This document shows positions 50,450-61,796 of a stretch of DNA of 64,000 bases, piece by piece. Positions within the stretch are counted from its first letter, which is position 1, and every line of letters starts with the position of its first letter. The DNA is from an uncultured Acidimicrobiales bacterium (lineage in GTDB: Bacteria > Actinomycetota > Acidimicrobiia > Acidimicrobiales > DATKAS01). The translations under genes were made by a program, and so were the position numbers. The notes under the pieces are model-generated. The model was not told where the DNA came from. It did no database searches and saw only the letters and a program-made list of their open reading frames with translations. Where the stretch lies: assembly GCA_963847855.1 (NCBI GenBank), contig CAWKBM010000002.1, positions 42,500 through 106,499 on the forward strand, written 5' to 3'.

Positions 50450-51225
50450 TCACGCTGGGTCGTCGTTGGGCACCCTCCCGAGGTCGCGGTCTTTGAGTCG
50501 GTAGCTGTCGCCTTTGAGTGAGACGACTTCGGCGTGGTGCACGAGCCGGTCGATCATGGCGGCGGCGACGGTGGCGTCGCCGAAGACTTCGCCCCAGCGG
50601 CCGAACGGCTTGTTGCTGGTGACGATCACCGAGCGCGTTCGTAGCGGCTGGAGACGAGTTGGAAGAACAGGTTCGCGGCTTCGGCTTCGAAGGGGATGTA
50701 GCCGACTTCGTCGATGACGAGCAGCGGGATGCGGCCGAGGCGGCGGAGCTCGTCGTGGAGTCGGCCTTGGGTGTGCGCGTCGCCGAGGCGCGCGACCCAT
50801 TCCGCGGCGGTCGCGAACGCGACGCGGTGGCCGGCTTGGCAGGCGCGGATGGAGATCCCGATCGCGAGGTGGGTCTTGCCGGTGCCGGGCGGGCCGAGGA
50901 ACACGATGTTGGCGCGTTCGCGATGAAGTCGAGCGTGCCGAGATGCGCGATCGACGTCGCGCTTCAGGGAGCGTTGGAAGCTGAAGTCGAAGTCCTCGAG
51001 CGTCTTGCGGGCCGGGAACCGCGCGGCGCGGATGCGGCCCTCGCCGCCGTGGTCTTGGCGGGCCGCGACTTCACGTTCGAGGCACGCGGCGAGGAACTCT
51101 TCGTGCGTCCAGCTCTCGGCTCGTGCCCGTTCGGCGAGCCGTTCGACCGACCGGGCGAGCGACGGTGCCTTCAGCGCGCGGCACAGATAGGCGATGTCGG
51201 TCGCGGGCTTCGTCGTGGTGGCCAT
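50450..51225 (-). pseudogene. istB: IS21 helper ATPase IstB, frameshifted
   Basis: Contains MATTTKPATDIAYLCRALKAPSLARS, Walker A GPPGTGKTH and Walker B LLVIDEVGYIPF. The tail SVIVTSNKPFGRWGEVFGDATVAAAMIDRLVHHAEVV lies in another frame (ORF 50450..50800). Confidence 0.85.
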
Positions 51226-52482
51226 CACGCGACTCCGAGTGCCCGGTCGTAGATCGGCGAGGTCGCGTTCTTCGACCGCGTCGGCGAACGTCGGCCGCGA
51301 CTTGCTGCTTCGGCGCGCATCGCCCGCAACACCCGGGCGTGATCGGGATGCAGCAACGTCTGATGCTTCGCGAGGCAACGTCGATGCCGGGCGACTTCGG
51401 TGCCGTCACAGGTCGCGATGACCTCGTCGAGCGTGACGCGCACGTCGACGCGGCGGCCGACGAACCGAGGGTTGACCGAGTAGTCGTTGGTGTCGACCCG
51501 CACGTAGTGATCGCGCGGCAGCCGCGTCGTGAACCGCCACGACGGGTCGGGCAGCACCGGCGGGAAGGCCATCATCGACGCCGCGGTCCTCGAAGATCGC
51601 CTCCGCCGGCCGCCGGCGGGTGGTGCCGTGGATGCGGTTGTTCGCCCGGCGGAGCCAGCCGGTGAACTGCCGGTTGAAGTCGTCGACGTCGTCGAAACGC
51701 CGGCCCGGCAAGAAGCTCGTCTCGTAGTAGTCGTGCGTCCGTTCGACCATCCCTTTGGCTTCGGGGTCGGCCGGGCGCGCACAGCCGCACGCGCATGCCG
51801 AGCGTCCCGCGGAACGCCTGGAACTCGCGCGTGAGGACCTGGCGGCCTGGCGCCATTGGCCGATGCAGCCCTCCTGGTCCCACACCGCGGTGCGCGGCAC
51901 CGCACCGAACTGGTCGAGCACATGCAGCATCCCGCCGAGCACGTCATGCGCCGGCGCGCGACGGCACCATCCAGCCGCCGTGAAAGCGCGAGAAGCCGGT
52001 CGCGCCCGACACGACCCAGAGCTTGTCGTGCTGGCCGAACCCGAGCGGGATCTCCACGTCGGGCTGCCACAGATCCCACTGGGCGAGCTCGCCCGGCGCA
52101 TACGTCGTGCGCTGGCACGGATCGGGCGGCACGAACAACGGCCGCAGCTCGCCGACCGGTCGCGCAGGATCGTGATCCCGCGCTCCCAGCCGATCCGCTC
52201 CGCGATCACCGTCGCCGGCATCGTCGGGAACTCGGCCAACAACTCGCGGATCTGCGGCTCGACCGCGTCGACCGCCGAACCCGCGGTGCTGCGTTCGTAA
52301 CGCGGTGGCTCATCGCAGCGCAGCGCGTCGCGCACCGTGTTCCGCGCCAGCTTCAATCGCCGGGCGATCGCCTTGATGCTCAACCCCTCCGCCCGATGCA
52401 GCCGACGGATCTCGGCCCAGTCCTCCACGTCGATCACGCCCTTCCTCCCCGGCTCGGGATCGAGCCAGGGTTCGAGTTCCAT
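51225..52482 (-). pseudogene. istA: IS21 transposase IstA, multiply frameshifted
   Basis: The HTH N-terminus IDVEDWAEIRRLHRAEGLSIKAIARRLKLARNTVRDAL is intact. The catalytic region is scattered over at least 3 frames (ORFs 51406..52665, 51944..52138, 51572..51883, 51225..52118). Confidence 0.8.
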
Positions 52483-52783
52483 CACTCCAAGTGGTGGACC
52501 CGACCAGAAGGGGGTCAGTTTTCGACCGGTGATGCATCCTCCTGTTCGCTTGCGGAGACGTGACGTGTCCGAGCCGCGCGGGCTCGTGCCGATGGTGGGC
52601 TGCGTGAGTCTGAAGATCGCGCTCGTCGGGTAGGCAACTGAAGATGAAGCGATTCGATACGACATCCGAGCGCGACATCACGGTCGCTCGTCGACCAGCA
52701 GACACTCGGCCTCGTCACGGGACCGTTTCGATCGTGAACATCGTCGCTCATCATCTAGAACACCCGCCCGAACGGAAAGAGCC

Positions 52784-54547
52784 GTGAGCAAGATCGCGGC
52801 GGAACTGTTGATTGAGCGGTTGGCCGACTGGGGGGTCGACACCGTGTTCGGGCTTCCCGGAGATGGCATCAACGGGATCACCGAGGCGTTGCGCCGCCAT
52901 CAAGATCGGATCCGTTTCGTGTTGGTGCACCACGAGGAGGCCGCCGCCTTCATGGCCTGTGGCTATGCGAAGGTCACGGGACGGTTGGGCGTGTGTTTGG
53001 CGACCTCGGGGCCAGGCGGCGTGCATCTGCTGAATGGGCTGTATGACGCGAAGCTCGACCACCAACCGGTGCTCGCGATCACGGGGATGCAGGAGACCCA
53101 GCTGCTGGGCACGGGGTATCAGCAGGAGGTCCACCTCGAAAAGCTCTTCGAAGATGTCGCGGCGTACGACGTGATGGTCCATGTACCGGTGCAGATCCCC
53201 ACCCTGGTCGATCTCGCCGTGCGGCATGCGCTGGCGGACCGCACGGTGTCCCACATCACGTTTCCCAACGATCTTCAGGTGGCCGATGCCGACGCCAATC
53301 CCTGGGCCTCGATCGCTCCGGCGCATGCGCCCGCGACCGCGCCGATCTACATCGCGTCGCCAGGACAGCCTCGAACCGAAGACCTACAACGCGCTGCGGA
53401 GATCCTCGATGCCGGCGAAAGAGTGGTGATCCTTGCCGGCGCGGGCGCGCTCGGAGCGCGGGCGGAGCTTCTGGCGGTCGCCGAGCTCCTGGGGAGCCCC
53501 ATTGTCAAGACGTTGCCAGGGAAGGCGTGCGTGCCTGACAACCATCCCCTCACGATTGGCGGGATCGGACTGCTGGGCACACGCCCGTCCGAGGACGCGA
53601 TGGACGATGCCGACACGCTGTTCATGGTTGGCACGAACTTCCCGTACACCAAGCATCTGCCGTCACCGGGCAAGGTGCGAGTTGTTCAAATCGACATCGA
53701 TCCGACGACCGTCGGCAGTCGCATTCCCACTGAGATGCCCCTCGTCGGTGATGCGGCGTCGACGCTGCGGGCGCTTTTGCCGCTGCTGCACCACAAATCC
53801 GCTCGCGTGTTCCTCGAGCGGGCTCAGGCTGGCATGGCGGACTGGCGCGAGAAGATGACCGCGCTGGAGGACCCGGATCGCGACCCCATCCAGCCGCAAT
53901 ATCTGATGCGGCTGATCGATCGCCACGCAGCCGACGACGCCATCCTCGCGTCGGACTCGGGGACGATCGCCACATGGTCGGCGAGGCACTTCGACATCCG
54001 AGGCGACCGGCAGTACTACCTATCCGGGAACCTCGCCACCATGGCCCCTGGGTTGCCGTACACGATCGCCGCGCAGTGGGCTCACCCTGGCCGGCAGTGC
54101 ATCGCTTTCGTCGGCGACGGCGGATTCGCGATGCTCATGGCCGAGACGCTCACAGCGATCCGGCATGAGCTGCCCGTCAAGGTGTTCATCAACAACAACG
54201 CGGAATACGGCCAGATCCTTTGGGAGCAGATGGTGCTGGGCTTCCCCGAGTTCGGCGTTCGTCATACCGGGGTCGCGGACTTCGCCGCGTTCGCGCAGGC
54301 CAACGGCGCCCTCGGCTTGCGGGTGGAGAAGGCTGCCGATCTGGAGGGCGCGGTCGTGCAAGCGCTCGCGCACCCAGGCCCGGCGGTCGTCGACGTCTTG
54401 ACCAATCCCGATGAGCCGCCCATGCCTCCGAAGGTCTCCTACGACCAAGCCAAGGGGTTCGCGAAAGCGTTCCTCAAAGGACAGCCGCACAAGGCGACGA
54501 TCGCCTCGACGCTGTTCCGGGACAAGATCGCCGAACTGAGGACTTGA
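52784..54547 (+). CDS. thiamine-pyrophosphate enzyme, pyruvate oxidase/dehydrogenase (quinone)-like
   Basis: Contains LIERLADWGVDTVFGLPGDGINGI and the TPP motif FVGDGGFAMLMAETLTAIRHELPVKVFINNN. Confidence 0.85.
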   Translation: MSKIAAELLIERLADWGVDTVFGLPGDGINGITEALRRHQDRIRFVLVHHEEAAAFMACGYAKVTGRLGVCLATSGPGGVHLLNGLYDAKLDHQPVLAITGMQETQLLGTGYQQEVHLEKLFEDVAAYDVMVHVPVQIPTLVDLAVRHALADRTVSHITFPNDLQVADADANPWASIAPAHAPATAPIYIASPGQPRTEDLQRAAEILDAGERVVILAGAGALGARAELLAVAELLGSPIVKTLPGKACVPDNHPLTIGGIGLLGTRPSEDAMDDADTLFMVGTNFPYTKHLPSPGKVRVVQIDIDPTTVGSRIPTEMPLVGDAASTLRALLPLLHHKSARVFLERAQAGMADWREKMTALEDPDRDPIQPQYLMRLIDRHAADDAILASDSGTIATWSARHFDIRGDRQYYLSGNLATMAPGLPYTIAAQWAHPGRQCIAFVGDGGFAMLMAETLTAIRHELPVKVFINNNAEYGQILWEQMVLGFPEFGVRHTGVADFAAFAQANGALGLRVEKAADLEGAVVQALAHPGPAVVDVLTNPDEPPMPPKVSYDQAKGFAKAFLKGQPHKATIASTLFRDKIAELRT

Positions 54548-55023
54548 TGTTTGCGCTCACGCCCGGCGGACGCGGCAACCGCAGCGCGGAGGTCGGGATC
54601 GACCGGTTCGTCGCAAACATCGAACATGGCCGGTTCGAACGCTCCCTGTCTGCGCTCACCGCCGGTGCCGCGTTGGTGGCGGGTGCAGAGATCTTCCTCG
54701 AACACGACCGGGCCAGCTTTGGCAACAAGATGATGTGGGTGCCCGTGGCGTTGACGCCAGTGGTGGCCGCCGCAGGGCTCGGCGGAGTGTTCAGCCGGCG
54801 GATCGCGAAGACGGTGCTGCCGCTCGCGTCGGCGGCAGCGGTGGCGAACGGCCTGCAGGGTACCTACCTCCACCTCCGCGGAATCGCCCAGCGGCCGGGT
54901 GGGTGGCGTTTTGCTCGCTACAACATCGAGATGGGTCCGCCGCTTTTCGCTCCGATGCTGTTTGCGATGGTCGGCGGCATGGGCCTTCTTGCCGCGGTGT
55001 TGCGCCGCGAGATGCGTTCATGA
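54544..55023 (+). CDS. small integral membrane protein (159 aa)
   Basis: Has hydrophobic segments and 4-nt overlaps with both neighbours. Confidence 0.55.
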   Translation: MMFALTPGGRGNRSAEVGIDRFVANIEHGRFERSLSALTAGAALVAGAEIFLEHDRASFGNKMMWVPVALTPVVAAAGLGGVFSRRIAKTVLPLASAAAVANGLQGTYLHLRGIAQRPGGWRFARYNIEMGPPLFAPMLFAMVGGMGLLAAVLRREMRS

Positions 55024-55694
55024 CCACTGGGACGACGTCAGGCGGGTCCAGCCGCTTCCCCGGTAACGACGTCCTCGGGAGGGCCGAGTCTTGGGACCCC
55101 GTGACGACCGAAGTTGTGTTGCGCAGGCTCGGCGTTCCGACGCCGCTTCGGTTCTTTCTGCCCTCCCGCGAGCCGACTGTCAGAGCCCTCCTCGACCGGC
55201 TGTTGGCTCAGGACGCCGACCCCAAGATCCCGCTCGTCGAGCTGGTCGACGCTCGGCTCGCCGACGGCGAGACGGATGGGTGGCGATACGACGACATGCC
55301 CGAGGACAGACAGGCGTGGAACCGGTCGGTCGAGGCCCTCGACGCCGACGCTGCGACCAGGACGCCCGGGGCAAGGTTCGCCGACCTCGGACGCCGCGAC
55401 CAGCTGGCACTTCTCGAATCGGTTCGAACGAGCGACGAATGGCACGGCCTGCCCGCCAGGCGGGTGTGGAGTCTGTGGATGCGATACGCGTGCGCCGCGT
55501 TCTACTCGCACCCTTGGGCATGGAATGAGATCGGGTTTGGCGGACCCGCGTATCCGGTGGGCTACAAGAACCTCGGTGTCGACGGACGTGAGGCTTGGGA
55601 GGTCCGAGAGCACGATGCTCGAGACCCCGAGCCGTGGGCTGAGCGCGTGGCAAAGGCGCATGCGCGCCATGGCGACACGTGGGATCACGCGTGA
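55020..55694 (+). CDS. gluconate 2-dehydrogenase subunit 3-like protein
   Basis: ATG 55020 overlaps the upstream stop (ATGA). The motif FYSHPWAWNEIGFGGPAYPVGY is typical of this small-subunit family. Confidence 0.7.
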   Translation: MTTGTTSGGSSRFPGNDVLGRAESWDPVTTEVVLRRLGVPTPLRFFLPSREPTVRALLDRLLAQDADPKIPLVELVDARLADGETDGWRYDDMPEDRQAWNRSVEALDADAATRTPGARFADLGRRDQLALLESVRTSDEWHGLPARRVWSLWMRYACAAFYSHPWAWNEIGFGGPAYPVGYKNLGVDGREAWEVREHDARDPEPWAERVAKAHARHGDTWDHA

Positions 55695-57328
55695 CCGCGG
55701 CCGTGCGCCGGCGCAACGAGTCAGCATGGCTCCTCCCGAACGATGGCAGCCGCACCAACCACAGATTGCGGCAGGACATGTGCCGCTATGCCGACGAAGA
55801 TGACGTCGACATCGCCATCGTCGGCTGCGGCGCCGGCGGCGCGGTCCTCGCCCAGCGGCTCGCCCGCGCCGGGTGGAGTGTTGTCGCCTTCGATGCCGGG
55901 CCACATTGGGATCCCGACCGCGACTGGGTGAGCGACGAGCGCGGGTCTCACCATCTGTATTGGACCGAGCCGCGTGTCATCTCCGGCCAAGACCCGGTTC
56001 CTCTCGGCTCCAACAACTCTGGTCGGGGTGTCGGCGGTGGCACGGTGCACTTCGCTGGCTACACCCCTCGGCTGCACCCGTCCGACTTTCACACGAAGAG
56101 CTCCGACGGGGTCGGCGCGGACTGGCCGATCAGCTACTCCGACCTGAGGCCGTATTACGCAGATCTGGAGGCGGAGCTCCCGGTCGCCGGGCAACACTGG
56201 CCCTGGGGTGATCCCCACAAGTATCCCCATTCGCCGCATCCTGTGAGCGGTCTCGGCGAGATCTTCATCCGCGGCTGCCAACGAGCCGGCGTCGAGGTGC
56301 GTGTCGGCCCTGTCGCCATTGCCAACGGGCGTTTCGGCAACCGACCTCACTGCATCTACCGGGGGTTCTGTCTCCAAGGCTGCAAGGTCAATGCGAAGGG
56401 ATCCACCCTCATCACCCACATCCCCGACGCACTCGCCCGGGGAGCGGAGATCCGCGCGGACTCGATGGTCGCTCGCGTGGAGATCGATAGCGACGGCCGC
56501 GCAGCCGGCGTTGTCTACTTTCAAAATGGTCTGGAGCGACGGCAACGGGCGCGCGTCGTTGCCGTCGCGGGATACGCGATCGAAACCCCGCGACTGCTCT
56601 TCAACTCGACGAGCAGACGCTTCCCCGCCGGACTCTGCAACGATCACGATCTCGTTGGCCGGTACGTGATGGTTCAAGGCGCTGCCCAGACTGCGGGGCG
56701 GTTCGCCGAAGAAGTCCGGATGTACAAGGCGCCACCGCCGGAAGTGTCGACGGAAGCGTTCTATGAGACCGAACCGGGCAAGCCGTACAAGCGCGGCTTC
56801 TCGGTGCAGTGCGTCGGACCTCTGCCGATCACGTGGGCCGAACACGTCGTGGCCGAAGGCCACTGGGGTGACGTCCTCCGCGAATACTTGCGCGACTACA
56901 TCCATTGGGCCTGCATCGGAGTGCTCTGCGAGTTCCTGCCGCTCGCCGACAACCGCGTCACCCTCGCCGACGAGCATGATCGCCATGGTCTGCCGGTCGC
57001 GATGTTCTCATACACCCAATGTGAAAACGACAAAGCGTTGCTGAAGGCGGGCCGAGACAAGATGCAAGAGATCCTCGAAGCGGCCGGTGCCGAAGACGTT
57101 GTCACCATCGAGCGGTACGCGCATCTGGTCGGCGGCGCGAGGATGGGGCAGGGCGCGACGACCGGGGTGGTCGACCGCGATTTGCGCAGCTTCGCGGTTC
57201 CCAACCTCTACATCACCGACGGGTCTGTGCTGCCCACCCAGGGCAGCGCCAATCCTGCCCTCACGATCATGGCGCTGGCGGCCCGCTGTGCGGATCATCT
57301 GACCTCCGCCAACCGGGGTTACTCATGA
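55691..57328 (+). CDS. GMC family FAD oxidoreductase
   Basis: GTG 55691 overlaps the upstream stop (GTGA). Contains the FAD fold DVDIAIVGCGAGGAVLAQRLA and the C-terminal segment YITDGSVLPTQGSANPALTIMALA. Confidence 0.85.
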   Translation: MTAAVRRRNESAWLLPNDGSRTNHRLRQDMCRYADEDDVDIAIVGCGAGGAVLAQRLARAGWSVVAFDAGPHWDPDRDWVSDERGSHHLYWTEPRVISGQDPVPLGSNNSGRGVGGGTVHFAGYTPRLHPSDFHTKSSDGVGADWPISYSDLRPYYADLEAELPVAGQHWPWGDPHKYPHSPHPVSGLGEIFIRGCQRAGVEVRVGPVAIANGRFGNRPHCIYRGFCLQGCKVNAKGSTLITHIPDALARGAEIRADSMVARVEIDSDGRAAGVVYFQNGLERRQRARVVAVAGYAIETPRLLFNSTSRRFPAGLCNDHDLVGRYVMVQGAAQTAGRFAEEVRMYKAPPPEVSTEAFYETEPGKPYKRGFSVQCVGPLPITWAEHVVAEGHWGDVLREYLRDYIHWACIGVLCEFLPLADNRVTLADEHDRHGLPVAMFSYTQCENDKALLKAGRDKMQEILEAAGAEDVVTIERYAHLVGGARMGQGATTGVVDRDLRSFAVPNLYITDGSVLPTQGSANPALTIMALAARCADHLTSANRGYS

Positions 57329-58453
57329 GCGCCACCTCCGCCGCGAAGCGCGACGCGCTCTCCGTTGACGATCTCACCGCGTCGGTGTTCACCGTCCCGA
57401 CAGAGGAGCCGGAGTCCGATGGCACCTTCACCTGGGAAGCGACCACCGTCGTGGTCGTCGAGGTCAGCGCCGGTGATGAACGAGGCATCGGCTTCACCTA
57501 TGCCAGCGCGGGCGTGCTTGAGCGTCATTGACCACGTTCTCCGCCGCGTCGTCATCGGTGCAGACCCGTTCGATGTCCCGGGCGTCTGGCGGAAGATGAT
57601 CGACGCCGTCCGCAACATCGGCCGGCCCGGAATCGCGTCTGCTGCGATCGCCGCCACCGACATCGCACTGTGGGACGTCAAGGCGAAGCTGCTCGACGTC
57701 GCCCTCGTCGATCTGCTCGGTCGCTGCCGCGACGCGGCCCCGGTCTATGGGAGCGGCGGTTTCACCAGCTACAGCGACGACGAGCTCGTCTGTCAGCTCG
57801 GCGGCTGGGTCCACGGCGACGGCATCGGGCGCGTCAAGATGAAAGTCGGAACCGCCTGGGGGACCGAGCCGATCCGCGACGTCGAGCGTGTCGCGAAAGT
57901 CCGCGCCGCCATCGGTGCCGACGCCGAGCTGTTCGTCGACGCGAACGGGGGCTACAGCCGCAAACAAGCCGTCCGGCTTGCGAATTCTTTCGCTGACTCC
58001 GGCGCGACCTGGTTCGAAGAGCCGGTCTCCTCCGACGACCTCACTGGCCTGCACGAGATTCGTGGTCTCACGACGATGGATGTGGCCGCGGGCGAGTATG
58101 GCTATGACCTCGCCTACTTCCAACGCATGTGCGCCGCTGGCGCGGTCGACGTCCTACAAGCCGACGTTTCCCGTTGCGGCGGCATCAGCGAATGGCTGCG
58201 GGCCGCCGCGCTCGCCGGAGCGCACGGCCTGGACATCTCCGGGCACTGCGCCCAATCACTGCACGCGCACCCCGCTTGCGCCGTACCCAACCTCCGACAC
58301 CTCGAGTACTTCCACGACCATGCCCGCGTCGATCGCATCTTGTTCGACGGCGTGCTCACCCCCCATTCAGGCGGGCTGCACCCCGATCCGTCACGGCCAG
58401 GGTTGGGACTCGAGCTCAAACGCGCCGACGCCGGCAGGTACCGAGTCGCATGA
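57325..58453 (+). CDS. enolase-superfamily (mandelate racemase/muconate lactonizing enzyme-like) protein; one frameshift near 57510
   Basis: Contains VVVEVSAGDERGIGFTYASAG, a frame break, then LSVIDHVLRRVVIGADPFDV. The metal ligand contexts FVDANGGY, WFEEP and VLQADVSRCGG are present. Confidence 0.82.
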
Positions 58454-58510
58454 TCGGCTTGCTCGCGGCGAGACGCCGAATCGCTGACCGGAGTCAAACG
58501 AGGAGCTGAG

Positions 58511-59509
58511 ATGGCAGGTCGAATCGTGGTTGTCACCGGCGCGTCGGGCGGCGTGGGGCGAGCCGTCGCTCGCGCCTTCGGCGAAACCGGCGACACCGTC
58601 GCGTTGCTCGCACGAGGCGAAGGGGGGCTCGAGGCGGCAGCGAAAGAGGTGGAAGCCTCGGGGGGCCGCGCCCTCACGATCCCCACTGATTCAGCCGATC
58701 CTGACCAGGTCGACGCTGCCGCCGCCCGGGTCGAGGCCGAGTTGGGACCCGTCGACGTCTGGGTGAACGACGCATTCACGTCGGTGTTCGCGTCGTTCAC
58801 CGAGATCACGGCAGCCGAGTATCGACGAGTGACCGAGGTGAGCTATCTCGGCTATGTGTACGGCACGCAAGCCGCATTGCGCTCCATGCTTCCGCGCAAC
58901 CGTGGTTCGATCGTGCAGGTCGGTTCGGCGCTCGCGTACCGGGGGATCCCGCTGCAGTCCGCGTATTGCGGTGCCAAGCACGCGATTCAAGGGTTCACCG
59001 AGTCGGTGCGGTGCGAGCTGCTTCATGAGAAGAGCCGCGTGCGCATCACGATGGTCCAGATGCCGGCTTTGAACACGCCGCAGTTCTCTTGGGTGTTGTC
59101 TCGCCTGCCGCGCCACCCGCAACCCGTTCCGCCGATCTACCAGCCCGAGGTCGCGGCAAGGGCGGTGCTGTGGGCGGCGGAGCACGATCGTCGCGAGTGG
59201 TGGGTGGGGACGAGCACCGCGGCCACGTTGATCGCCAACGCCGTCGCTCCGGGAGTGCTCGACTGGTACCTGGGTCGCACCGGGTTCGACAGCCAGCAGA
59301 CGAACGAGAGCGTCAGTGCCAATCGGCCCGCGAACCTGTGGCAGCCGGTTGATGACCGCGACGACTATGGAGCGCACGGAGTGTTCGACGATCGAGCCCA
59401 CAGGAACAGTCCGCAGTGGTGGGCGACGGCGCATCGACGGTCGGTGTTCGGAGCGGCTGCCGCGGGACTGGCCTCGCTTTTGGCGTGGGGTTCGAGTCGC
59501 CGCCCATGA
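58511..59509 (+). CDS. short-chain dehydrogenase/reductase
   Basis: Contains [12 protein letters not shown] (TGxxxGxG) and YCGAKHA (YxxxK). Confidence 0.85.
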   Translation: MAGRIVVVTGASGGVGRAVARAFGETGDTVALLARGEGGLEAAAKEVEASGGRALTIPTDSADPDQVDAAAARVEAELGPVDVWVNDAFTSVFASFTEITAAEYRRVTEVSYLGYVYGTQAALRSMLPRNRGSIVQVGSALAYRGIPLQSAYCGAKHAIQGFTESVRCELLHEKSRVRITMVQMPALNTPQFSWVLSRLPRHPQPVPPIYQPEVAARAVLWAAEHDRREWWVGTSTAATLIANAVAPGVLDWYLGRTGFDSQQTNESVSANRPANLWQPVDDRDDYGAHGVFDDRAHRNSPQWWATAHRRSVFGAAAAGLASLLAWGSSRRP

Positions 59510-59838
59510 CGCTGTCCGCGGTCACGCGGCTCACCTACGGGACGGTGCTGATGCTCGCTCCCGGCGTCCTCGGTCATGGCGGCGGCGACAGCCGGGATCG
59601 GCGGTTCCGGGTCGTGGTGCGCATCCTGGGCCTGCGTCACCTCCTCCAGGCGTGCATAGAAGTCCGATGGCCCACACGAAGCGTGCGGCGCGCGGGCACC
59701 GCCGCGGATGCATTGCACGCGGCCACCGACATCGGATGCGCAGTGATTGATGGCCCTCGCCGTCGCGCGGCGATGTGCGACGCGGGCGTCGCGCTCACGT
59801 TCGCGGCCGTAGGGTCGTGGGCGAGCCGAGAACCATGA
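59506..59838 (+). CDS. small hypothetical protein (110 aa)
   Basis: ATG 59506 overlaps the SDR stop, and its own stop overlaps the GH15 start. It has weakly hydrophobic ends. Confidence 0.4.
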   Translation: MTLSAVTRLTYGTVLMLAPGVLGHGGGDSRDRRFRVVVRILGLRHLLQACIEVRWPTRSVRRAGTAADALHAATDIGCAVIDGPRRRAAMCDAGVALTFAAVGSWASREP

Positions 59839-61668
59839 ACGCTGAGGGCCGGCCGGCGGAAGGCCGGTACCCGTCCATCGACGACTACGCGTTCATCGGG
59901 GACTGCCATTCGGCCGCTCTCGTATCCAGGCGAGGGTCGATCGACTGGTGCTGCATGCCCCGCATCGACAGCGCCAGCATGTTCGGCCGCATCCTCGACT
60001 GGGACCGAGCCGGCTACTGCTCGATCACCCCGGTGGACCCCGACGCCGAGTGCACCAGGTCGTATCTCGAGGGGACGATGGTTCTCGAGACCGTCTACCG
60101 CACAACCACCGGCGAGGTCCGCGTACTCGATTGCTTCGCGGCTCACGCCGGGGGGGCAGCAGCGCCCTATCGGCAGCTACTGCGGCTGATCGAAGGCGTG
60201 CGCGGTCGCGTCGACATGCGCCTCGTTGTCGCCGCGCGTTTCGACTACGGCGAGGCCCGGCCCTGGATCCGCAAGCACGGAGCGCGGGTGTGGAGCGCGG
60301 TCGCGGGCGACGATGGCATCCTGATCGCCGCCGGAATCGATCTCGAGATCCGCGACCTCCACGACCTGTGCGGTGACGCGACGATCGCGGCCGGCGCACG
60401 CGCGGATCGCCATCACGTCCTACCCACCCGAAGAATTCGACCCGGATCCTCCGGACCAGCCCGATGATGCCGAGCTCGACCGTCGGCTCGAGGAGACCGT
60501 CGAGTGGTGGCGCGCCTGGGTGGACGACATCGTGTTCGACGGACCCGACGCGGTGGGGGTCCGTCGTTCGGCGATGGTGCTGAAGGCACTCACCAACGCG
60601 CCCACCGGCGCGATCGCTGCAGCCCCCACGACGTCGTTACCGGAAGCCATCGGCGCCGATCGCAATTGGGACTACCGCTACAGCTGGATCCGCGACTCGC
60701 AGTTCACCGTGCGTTCGCTCACCGAGCTCGGCTTCGATGCCGAAGCCGACGGCTTCCGGCGCTTCCTCGAACGAACAGCAGCGGGTAGTCCCGACGACCT
60801 GCAGACGATGTATGGCCTCGGCGGGCAGCGACGCCTCACCGAGGTGATCGTGTCGCTCGAGGGCTACCGGGAGTCGGCGCCCGTTCGCGTCGGCAATGCC
60901 GCCGCTGACCAGCTGCAGCTCGATGTCTACGGCGAACTTCTCGAGCTCGCCTGGCGGTGGCATCAACGCGGCCGCTCCCCGGACGACGACTACTGGCGGT
61001 TCCTTCTCGGGCTCGTCGAGATCGCCGCCACCCGATGGGACGAGCCCGACCAAGGCCTGTGGGAGATTCGCGGCGAACCTCGCCACTTCGTCCATTCCAA
61101 GGTCATGTGCTGGGTCGCGGTCGACCGCGGCATCCGGCTCGCCGGTGAATGCCTTCGTCAAGCGCCGACCGCCCGTTGGCGGAAGATCCGCGACACGATC
61201 CGCGACTCGGTCGACGCGAACGGTGTCGACGCGGATCGCAACTGCTTCGTGCAGGCCTATGACACCACCGATCTCGACGCTGCGCTCCTGCTGCTCCCCA
61301 CGGTCGACTACATCGCCTACGACGATCCGCGCATGATGGCCACCACCGACGCCATCAGAGTCGGACTCGACGACAGTGGCCTGCTCCGCCGCTACCACTC
61401 CGACGACGGTCTGGACGGCGACGAGGGCGTCTTCGTCGCCTGCACGTTCTGGCTGGCCGAGTGCCTCGCCAACCAAGGCCGCCTCGTCCTCGCCCGCGAG
61501 GCCTTCGAGCGCGCCGTCGCGACCGCGAACGACCTCGGGCTGTACGCCGAGGAGTACGACCCGCAGGGCAACGAGGCGCTCGGCAACTATCCGCAAGGAC
61601 TCAGCCACCTCTCCCACATCGCGGCTGCGGTCGCGCTGGCGCGGATCGAGATCCCGGAGACCCGGTGA
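59835..61668 (+). CDS. glycoside hydrolase family 15 (glucoamylase/trehalase-like); one frameshift near 60405
   Basis: Contains IDDYAFIGDCHSAALVSRRGSIDWCCMPRIDS, NWDYRYSWIRDS, LWEIRGEPRHFVHSKVMCW and EEYDPQGNEALGNYPQGLSH. Confidence 0.88.
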
Positions 61669-61796
61669 GCGGGGACCGTCGCGGTGTACGGTCCGTCAGC
61701 AACAACTCCACGATGTACGACCGCCCACCGGCTGTCTCCGCATCGATGTTCGGAACCCTGGCATCGCAGTCGTGCGGTTGTTCGCAGGAGACTGCC

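Larger units (their letters stand above)
50381..52536 (-). mobile_element. IS21-family insertion sequence, decayed
   Basis: The istA and istB pair is flanked by terminal repeats. The left end is TGTCAACACCGGCTGAATCTTGACCCC, followed by a second copy CACCGGCTGAAAGTTGACCCC. The right end, read inward, is TGCATCACCGGTCGAAAACTGACCCCC. Boundaries are approximate and no clear target duplication was seen. Confidence 0.75.
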
